A DNA stretch of 64,000 nucleotides, from assembly GCA_041495865.1 (NCBI GenBank), contig JBGQDL010000001.1, forward strand, positions 4,330 to 68,329, read 5' to 3'. The stretch is from Thermoanaerobaculia bacterium (lineage in GTDB: Bacteria; Acidobacteriota; Thermoanaerobaculia; UBA5066). How positions within the stretch are numbered: position 1 is the stretch's first letter; every line of letters begins with the position of its first letter. Shown in pieces: positions 57,535 through 64,000 of this stretch. Under the pieces are notes generated by a model. That model had not been told where the DNA came from, ran no database searches, and saw only the letters and a program-made list of their open reading frames with translations. The position numbers were made by a program, and so were the translations under genes.

Positions 57535-58653
57535 TCACGAGGCGAGAAACGAGAGCAGCGCCCGGTAAGCGGACTCGCTGCAGAGGTTCATCGGGATCGT
57601 CTTCCAGGCATACAGGACGGAGAGAGGGGCGAGGACGGCGAGCACCGCCGCGGCGAGCCGCGGCCGGCTCCAGACGTCGCGCCACGCCACGACCACGGCG
57701 AAGGGAGCGACGGTCAGGTAGTAGCGGGAAAGGTCGCGCTCCCTGAGCAGTGAGAAGAGTGCGACGTGCGCCGCGATGAGGCCCGCCTCGATCCGGTTCC
57801 CCTTCGCCCAGAGCCGCGCGGCCGAGAGCACGAAAAAGAGGTGCAGGGCGAGGAGCATTTCCGCCGTCTCCCAGTCGTTTCGGGCGGCCATCTCGCCGAT
57901 GAACGCGAACGGGGGACACAGGCGGCCCGCTCCCCCGGCGCTCTCGGCGTGGACGTGCAGGAGCGCGAAGAAGTCGCCGAAGAGAAAGCGGTACCACGAG
58001 AAGAGCAGGAGCAGCGGAATGGCCGCGAGCGCTCCTCCAAGAAGCGCGGCCTTCACGCGGCCCGAAAAGAGGAGCGCCAGGCAGAGGACGAGAACGACGA
58101 GGACGCCGTTCGTGCGCGTGACGGTCGCGAGAGCCGCCGCGAAAAGGGCCCAGTCCACCCGGCCCCGGCGCCAGGCCAGGACCGCCAGGACGACGAGGAG
58201 CGACATGAGCGCTTCGCTCGCCCCCAGCGCGCGATAGAGGAACATCCGCGCGGGCAGAAAGAGGAACGCGAGAGCCGCAAAGACGGCGGGGATCTCCGGA
58301 ACGGCCTCCTTCGCGTACACGACGAACGCCGAGGCCGAGGCCGCGGCGAGAAGCCCGGTTGCGAGGAAAAGACCGGACTTCCAACCTCCGAAAAGCGAGC
58401 ACGCTCGAAGGACGAGCGGGTAGAGGGGCGTGTGCATGGCGAAGTAGGACGGCGAAAGCGCATATCCCGGGAGGGGGTTCTCCACCGAGGGGACGTAGAA
58501 CGCTTTGGCGACGACGAGGTAGTTCGGGCCGTCGAAGTGGCGCACGACGACGTCCATGCGCGAAAGGAACGGCCCCCAGGCGACCACGAGCGCGATCACC
58601 GCGAGGAGAGCCGCGAGGACAGGCGCACGCCGGGACACGCATAAGCCTAACAT
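57535..58653 (-). CDS. Hypothetical polytopic membrane protein (glycosyltransferase-39/PMT_2-like fold suspected)
   Basis: 372 aa from ATG 58653; about 10 TM helices; the upstream part of the track ORF (R/G-rich) is rejected. Confidence 0.45.
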   Translation of the reverse strand: MLGLCVSRRAPVLAALLAVIALVVAWGPFLSRMDVVVRHFDGPNYLVVAKAFYVPSVENPLPGYALSPSYFAMHTPLYPLVLRACSLFGGWKSGLFLATGLLAAASASAFVVYAKEAVPEIPAVFAALAFLFLPARMFLYRALGASEALMSLLVVLAVLAWRRGRVDWALFAAALATVTRTNGVLVVLVLCLALLFSGRVKAALLGGALAAIPLLLLFSWYRFLFGDFFALLHVHAESAGGAGRLCPPFAFIGEMAARNDWETAEMLLALHLFFVLSAARLWAKGNRIEAGLIAAHVALFSLLRERDLSRYYLTVAPFAVVVAWRDVWSRPRLAAAVLAVLAPLSVLYAWKTIPMNLCSESAYRALLSFLAS

Positions 58654-58721
58654 CGCCCCTGCGGCCGTTTCCCGCGCCCGGCGTCGCGCGCGCGACGTCC
58701 CCGGCTCGCCCGGGAGAAGCG

Positions 58722-60143
58722 TCAGGGCTCGACGGGCGAGATCCGGCGCTCGACGCGGAAGCGGCCCTCGCCCGACGGCTGAAGGACGAGGAAGTCCCCG
58801 ACGTAGCCCGGCGCGAGGGATGGCCCGCCCCCGAGCCACGTCTTCGCCTCCGACGAAAGGTCGCTCTCCGACAGCGTGAGAAGGCCCTCTGCCGTGACGC
58901 GTCCGCGCGCCGCGAGGCCGGCGAGCGTCTTTTTCCAGCCCTCCTCGCCTCCCGGCGGAGCGACGACGAGAAGGCGGCCGGTCAGGTCGATCTCCGTCTT
59001 TCCGAGAAACTCCGTCAGGTCGCCCACCTCGAGGACGCCTCCCTGCGCCCCGTGTGGAGACGGACCCGTGAAGCGAGGCCGCGTGGGCGCGACGTTCAGG
59101 CCCACGTCCGCGAAATAGGGTGGAAGGCCGCCGCCGACGACGATGCGCGCGTTGCGCACGAGAACGTCGAAAAGACGGTCGGGCGTGTTGAGCGGGATCG
59201 CGTCGTACGCCTTCGCGTCCACCTTCGCGAGCGAGCCGTCGGCGAGCGCGTGAAGCGTGCCGAGGAGCGCGACGAAATTCAGCCGCACGAGCGTGTGCGC
59301 CTCGTCCGGCCCGAAAAAACCCCCCGACTCGATCAGGAGCGTGGGCGTGCCCCACCGCGTCATCGCGTCCCCGAAGGCGCGCGCCGTGTAGCCCATGTCG
59401 TAGCGGGCCACCCGGTCCTTCGCCCACGGCTCGAGAAGCCGCTGGACGAGGACGGCCATCCGCATGGTCGTCCGGCGCCCCACGTTCACGGTGAACGCGT
59501 CGTCGAACGGAACGGAGAGAAGCGAAATCGCGACTTGCCGGCCGTGCTTCCCCGCCGTGACGTTCGGGCTGTGGTTGTGGAGGTTGTACCCGACGGAGGG
59601 TTTCAACCGGTCGCGCACGGACTTGAGGAAGCGTCCTTCGGGGGTCTGAAGGCGCACCGCGTCGCGGTTGATGTCGATGCCCTGCGCGTTCGTGCGGCGC
59701 GTTCGCTCGGCTCCGTCCGGGTTGAGCATCGGGATGATCGCCAGCGTGAGACGCGAGAGGAGGCGCTCCGTGTCAGGTGTCTTCCGCGTCCTCCCGAGGT
59801 GCTCGAGGACATCGAGGAGCGCGCTCGTCGCGGTCGGTTCGTCGCCGTGCATCTGCGACCAGAGGAGGACCGTCGTCGGTCCGCCGCCGACGAGGACCAG
59901 GGGGATGTTTCGTCCCTCGGCCGAAACGCCTTCCTCGGCGATCGAGAGAAGCCCGGGATATCGGGCGGCGATCGCGGCGAGCCGCTCGCGCAGCCCCCCG
60001 TGCTTGAGGGCGAACGGCGAGAGCTCGACCGTGTGCGGCCACGCCTCCCAAAGCGCGGACGCGTTCGCGCCGGCACCGCGAGCCGGCCGTGCGCCGAGGC
60101 CGCCCGCGAGGACCAGACCCGCGAGGGCGCGGCGCCGCGTCAT
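58722..60143 (-). CDS. Secreted M14-family zinc carboxypeptidase
   Basis: Signal peptide MTRRRALAGLVLAGGLGA; HGDE (HxxE), NPDGAER, GIDINRD, the M14 zinc and substrate motifs. ATG 60143 overlaps the upstream stop (ATGA). Confidence 0.8.
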   Translation of the reverse strand: MTRRRALAGLVLAGGLGARPARGAGANASALWEAWPHTVELSPFALKHGGLRERLAAIAARYPGLLSIAEEGVSAEGRNIPLVLVGGGPTTVLLWSQMHGDEPTATSALLDVLEHLGRTRKTPDTERLLSRLTLAIIPMLNPDGAERTRRTNAQGIDINRDAVRLQTPEGRFLKSVRDRLKPSVGYNLHNHSPNVTAGKHGRQVAISLLSVPFDDAFTVNVGRRTTMRMAVLVQRLLEPWAKDRVARYDMGYTARAFGDAMTRWGTPTLLIESGGFFGPDEAHTLVRLNFVALLGTLHALADGSLAKVDAKAYDAIPLNTPDRLFDVLVRNARIVVGGGLPPYFADVGLNVAPTRPRFTGPSPHGAQGGVLEVGDLTEFLGKTEIDLTGRLLVVAPPGGEEGWKKTLAGLAARGRVTAEGLLTLSESDLSSEAKTWLGGGPSLAPGYVGDFLVLQPSGEGRFRVERRISPVEP

Positions 60144-61810
60144 GGCGCGATCTCCGCTCGCGCGCGCGCCACGCGATGGCGACCCGCCGATTTCGCCGCG
60201 TAGAGCGCATCGTCGGCCGCCTGGCGCCAGGCATCCACGGTCATGCCTTTGACGAAGCCGGCCACGCCGGCGCTGAAGGTCACGTGAAAGGCGGACGGGC
60301 CGGCGCCGCTGTGCGGCATGACGGAGAACTCCTCGAGCAGGCGGTTCATGAGCCGTTCGGCCTCCCCCGCGGTCAGGTCCTCGAGGATGACCGCGAACTC
60401 CTCTCCGCCGAGCCGCCCGACGAGGTCCGAGCCGCGCAGCCTCCTCCTGAGGAGCGCGCCCAGCGCGGCGAGCACGCGGTCCCCGACGGGGTGGCCGTGC
60501 CGGTCGTTGACCGCCTTGAAGTGATCGAGGTCGATGAGGATGAAGGACGCTCCCTTTCCGGGAGCGCGCGCCTGCCGGAGGAGCGCCCCGCGCGCGCCCT
60601 CGAGGAAGGCGGTGTGATTCAGGAGCCCCGTGAGCCCGTCCCGGCCGAGGAGGCTCTTCAGGAATTGCGCGCGCTCGATCCGGGCCGCGACCGTGGAGAG
60701 CAGAAGCGCCGGGGCGACCGGCTTGGCGAGATGGTCGTCGCCGCCGGCACGGATCATCTCGATCCGCGACTTCTCGCGACTCTCGGCCGTCAGGAAAACG
60801 ACGGGCACGGCCGCGTACTTCTCGTTCTGCCGGAGAAACCGCACGAGATCGTAGCCCGAGAAGCCCGGCAGGTTGATGTCCATGAGGACGAGATCGGGCG
60901 TGAAGCCGATGGCCTCCGCCTCGAAACGCGCCGGGTCGGAGCAGATCCTGACCGCGTATCCCGCCGACTCGAGGACCGCCTTGACGAAGGCGGCGTGATC
61001 CGGGTCGTCCTCGACGGAGAGGATGCGCGGCGCCTCCGCCTTGTTTCGCTCGAGAAGCTGCCGGAGCCGCCGCGTGAAGAGCTCCCAGTCGACGGGCTGC
61101 TCGAAATACGCGTCCGCCCCGCAGCGGATCGCCTCGACCTTGTCCACGAAACCCGCCGGCGCGCCCACGACGAACGCCGCCGGACCCTCGCCCCCCGGCA
61201 TTCCGCGCAGCCTCTCGACGAGCGAACCGCCTTCCCCGCCGCCGAAGCGCATGTCGACGACGAGCACGTCCGGAACGCGCTGAAAGAGGATCGCCCTGGC
61301 GTCCGCGAGGTCCGACGCGACCGTGACCATCATTCCCTCCCGATCGAGCTGCGAGGCAAGCGCCGCCCGGAGCTCCGCGTCCTCGTGCGCCACGAGAATC
61401 TCGATCACCCGCGCGCGAGCCGGAGAGGACTCCGCCCCGGCCGCCGCCGCCGCGGTGCCCGGCTCCCTCTCGGAAAGCGCGGCCTCCGCGCGGAACGCCT
61501 CGCGGATCTCCCCGACCAGGTCGCGCCACGTCCGGACCTCCTCCGGCGTCGGCGGGCGCGAGGCCTCCGCGACCGCGTCGCACGCAAGCTCGCCCTGCAT
61601 GCCGAGGACGCTGACGCGTGGGAAGCCGAACGTCGCTCCCGTTCCGGAAAGCCCGTGGAAGCGGAGACGAACGTCGGCGAGACTCCCGGCGTCCTCCGGC
61701 TTCGCGAGGAGCTTGTCGAGGGCGCCATCGATCGCCGCGAGCCGCTCTCCCGCGCCCTCCGCGAACTGCCCGCGCAGCTCGCGAAAGGTCCGGCGCCAGG
61801 ACGAGTCCAC
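60140..61810 (-). CDS. Hpt-REC-REC-GGDEF diguanylate cyclase response regulator
   Basis: N-terminal Hpt-like helix bundle (FHGLSGTGATFG), two receiver domains (VLVVDMRFGGGEG..., ILSVEDDPDHAAF...DLVLMDINLPGFSG), GGDEF domain with RLGGEEFAVIL. Confidence 0.85.
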   Translation of the reverse strand: MDSSWRRTFRELRGQFAEGAGERLAAIDGALDKLLAKPEDAGSLADVRLRFHGLSGTGATFGFPRVSVLGMQGELACDAVAEASRPPTPEEVRTWRDLVGEIREAFRAEAALSEREPGTAAAAAGAESSPARARVIEILVAHEDAELRAALASQLDREGMMVTVASDLADARAILFQRVPDVLVVDMRFGGGEGGSLVERLRGMPGGEGPAAFVVGAPAGFVDKVEAIRCGADAYFEQPVDWELFTRRLRQLLERNKAEAPRILSVEDDPDHAAFVKAVLESAGYAVRICSDPARFEAEAIGFTPDLVLMDINLPGFSGYDLVRFLRQNEKYAAVPVVFLTAESREKSRIEMIRAGGDDHLAKPVAPALLLSTVAARIERAQFLKSLLGRDGLTGLLNHTAFLEGARGALLRQARAPGKGASFILIDLDHFKAVNDRHGHPVGDRVLAALGALLRRRLRGSDLVGRLGGEEFAVILEDLTAGEAERLMNRLLEEFSVMPHSGAGPSAFHVTFSAGVAGFVKGMTVDAWRQAADDALYAAKSAGRHRVARARAEIAP

Positions 61811-61812
61811 GC

Positions 61813-62211
61813 TCAGCCCGCCCCGAGGATCGCCCGCACGTTCGCGGCGAGAGACATCGGGTCGAACGGCTTCGCCAGGACGCCTTTCGCGCCGAGAGCC
61901 CGGAGGCGGTCGACTTCCGAGGCCGTCGCCTTGGCGGTCAGGAAGATCACGGGAATGCGCGCCGTGCGCGGATCGGCCTTCAGGAGGCCGAGCGTCTCGG
62001 GGCCGTCCTTCTCCGGCATCATGACGTCGAGGAGGATCGCATCGGGAGCGTCCGCGACGGCTCGGGCGATCCCTTCGATTCCGCCCCCGGCCACCGCGAC
62101 CTCCATGCCGCCGAGGCGCCCGAGCGCGAGCTGCGCGATCCGGCGGATGTCAGCCTCGTCGTCGATGATGAGGATCTTCAACGAGGTCGTCCCTTCCTCC
62201 GCCGCCGACAC
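61813..62211 (-). CDS. Single-domain response regulator (CheY-like receiver)
   Basis: ILIIDDEADIRR...AILLDVMMPEKDG...FLTAK. Confidence 0.8.
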   Translation of the reverse strand: MSAAEEGTTSLKILIIDDEADIRRIAQLALGRLGGMEVAVAGGGIEGIARAVADAPDAILLDVMMPEKDGPETLGLLKADPRTARIPVIFLTAKATASEVDRLRALGAKGVLAKPFDPMSLAANVRAILGAG

Positions 62212-64000
62212 TCAACCAAGCTCGGCCTCCAGCGCGGACCGGGCGACCGCATATTCCTGGACGAGCCGCGCGATGAGCGGCGCTGTCTCGGCCACGCGCC
62301 CCGCCTCGGCGAGCGTCTCCACCTCCTGGCACAGCGCCGCCATGCGCCTCGCGCCCAGCGCTCCGCAGCTCCCGCGAAGGCTATGTGCGTGGCTCTCGAG
62401 CGCCTTCGCCTCGCCGCTCTCCTCGGCCTGCCTGATCGAGGTGAGCCGACCCGGCGTCGAAGCCAGAAACGTGCGGATCGCCTCGCCCAGGAATCCGGTC
62501 TCGCCCGCCGATTCGAGAGCGCGCAGACCCGCCAGGGCCTGCGGATCGATCGGACCGTCGATTGCCGTCGGCGCCGGCCGCGCGGGGGCCTCGGCAATCG
62601 ACCTCGGAATCGCGGGACCCGCGGGGAGGCTTTCGAGGACCTCGAAGAGCTCCGCCGCCCGGATCGGCTTCGCGAGATAGCCGTCCATTCCGGCCTTCAC
62701 GCAGCGCTCGCGGTCCCCGCGCATGGCGTGCGCCGTCAGGGCGATGATGGGAAGATGCCGCCCGGTCATCTCTTCCCTTTTTCGGATCCTGGCGGTGGCT
62801 TCGAAGCCGTCCATTTCCGGCATCTGGACGTCCATCAGGACGGCGTCGAATTCCTCCGCTTCGAGCGCCGTGAGCGCCTCCTTTCCATTCGCGGCGACCG
62901 CGACCGAATGGCCGCGTTTCGCCAGCATCCTCACGACGAGCAGCTGGTTGACGGCGCTGTCCTCCGCCAGGAGGACCCGCAGCGGGCGCTGGCCTTCGCG
63001 GAGGGAATGGCGCGTCACGAGGGCCGGCGCCGGAACAGGCCTGGCGAGCCCGGCCTGGACCGTGAGGATCGCATCGAGGAGAACCGACTGGCGAACCGGC
63101 TTCGTGAGATAGGCGGCAACACCCAGCTCCTTGCACCGCTGGGCGTCCCCGCGCTGCCCGACCGAGGAGAGCATCATGATCGTCGTCGCCGCCAGCTCCG
63201 CGTGGCGCTTGATCTCGGCGGCGACCTCGAACCCGTCCATCCCCGGCATCTGGTAATCGAGCAGCACGAGCCGAATCGAGTCGCCGCTCTGCCGGGCGCG
63301 CTCCAGCGTCTCGAGGGCCGCCTGCCCTCCATCGACGACCGTGGGACGCATGCCCCAGTTCGTCAGAATCTCCTCCAGGATCCGGCGGTTCGTCGCGTTG
63401 TCGTCGACGACGAGCGCCCTCATCCCATGAAGATCCTTCACCTCGCGCGGAGCCGCCTTGGCGGGAGGCTCGGGGCGCCTCTCGAACGGCAGCACGACGC
63501 GAAAGCTGCTTCCTTTGCCGGGCTCGCTTTCCACCCAGATGCGTCCTCCCATCAACCCGACGAGCTGGGATGAAATCGTGAGCCCGAGTCCCGTCCCCCC
63601 GTAGCGGCGCGTCGTCGAGGCGTCGGCCTGCGTGAACGCCTCGAAGATCGTCGCCTGTTTCTCTTTCGAAATGCCGATTCCGGTGTCCCGGACCGTCAAG
63701 CGCAGGAGCACGTGCTCCGCGTCGCCGCCTTCCAGCTCCGCCCTGAGGACGATCTCCCCCTTCTCCGTGAATTTCACGGCGTTCGAGACGAGGTTCGTGA
63801 TGATCTGACGCAGCCGGGCCGGATCGCCTCCCAGCGCGGTCGGAACGTCGGGAGCCACGGAGTACGCCAGCTCGAGGCCTTTCTGATGCGCGCGCGGAGC
63901 GAGAGCGCGCATCGTGTCCTCCAGGGTGTAGCCCAGATCGAAGTCGATCACATCGAGCTCCAGTTTACGGGCCTCGATCTTCGAGAAGTCCAGGATGTCG
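62212..64000 (-). CDS. Hybrid sensor histidine kinase (HATPase_c, REC, REC, Hpt), C-terminal part; the N-terminus lies beyond the window end
   Basis: N/G boxes ([28 protein letters not shown]), two receiver domains, C-terminal Hpt ([14 protein letters not shown]); the ORF is open at 64000. Confidence 0.85.
   Translation of the reverse strand, partial: DILDFSKIEARKLELDVIDFDLGYTLEDTMRALAPRAHQKGLELAYSVAPDVPTALGGDPARLRQIITNLVSNAVKFTEKGEIVLRAELEGGDAEHVLLRLTVRDTGIGISKEKQATIFEAFTQADASTTRRYGGTGLGLTISSQLVGLMGGRIWVESEPGKGSSFRVVLPFERRPEPPAKAAPREVKDLHGMRALVVDDNATNRRILEEILTNWGMRPTVVDGGQAALETLERARQSGDSIRLVLLDYQMPGMDGFEVAAEIKRHAELAATTIMMLSSVGQRGDAQRCKELGVAAYLTKPVRQSVLLDAILTVQAGLARPVPAPALVTRHSLREGQRPLRVLLAEDSAVNQLLVVRMLAKRGHSVAVAANGKEALTALEAEEFDAVLMDVQMPEMDGFEATARIRKREEMTGRHLPIIALTAHAMRGDRERCVKAGMDGYLAKPIRAAELFEVLESLPAGPAIPRSIAEAPARPAPTAIDGPIDPQALAGLRALESAGETGFLGEAIRTFLASTPGRLTSIRQAEESGEAKALESHAHSLRGSCGALGARRMAALCQEVETLAEAGRVAETAPLIARLVQEYAVARSALEAELG

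Overview
The window is about 70% GC, dense bacterial chromosomal DNA. Many long antisense or out-of-frame ORFs in the track are GC artefacts and I ignored them. A Gram-negative, Acidobacteria-like gene content is my inference, not something I checked.

Order of real genes:
- The start of the dcw cluster (mraZ-rsmH-ftsL-ftsI).
- RNase D.
- Two parvulin-type PPIases downstream of mfd.
- A membrane-anchored nine-heme cytochrome c translationally coupled to a cytochrome b, followed by a NarX/NarL-like two-component system. The kinase carries an in-frame TGA.
- Two tandem paralogous small membrane proteins.
- A complete form I aerobic CO dehydrogenase cluster. Gene order is xdhC-mocA-xdhC(YHS)-coxD-coxE-coxG-coxM-coxS-coxL, and CoxL has the AYRCSFR signature.
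- An RRM RNA-binding protein.
- A decayed two-subunit xanthine-dehydrogenase-family locus (truncated 2Fe-2S subunit, internally deleted and frameshifted Mo subunit).
- A Zn alcohol dehydrogenase.
- Several sensor kinases, a GGDEF regulator and a REC protein.
- A block of secreted and envelope proteins. These include a ~1430-aa protein of tandem CarboxypepD_reg-like domains and two large BNR-propeller proteins, each with two C-terminal copies of a ~190-aa domain I do not recognise. A third copy sits in a small secreted protein.
- A DUF2339 giant membrane protein, a POT-family transporter, a ferredoxin, glycerate kinase and an M14 carboxypeptidase.

The most notable observation is a thioredoxin-fold/TPR protein on the minus strand (35179-36522). 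Its WCxxC motif has the first Cys replaced by an in-frame TGA, giving WAPW-TGA-HTC. This makes it a strong selenoprotein (Sec) candidate.

No tRNA/rRNA genes, CRISPR arrays or mobile elements were seen.
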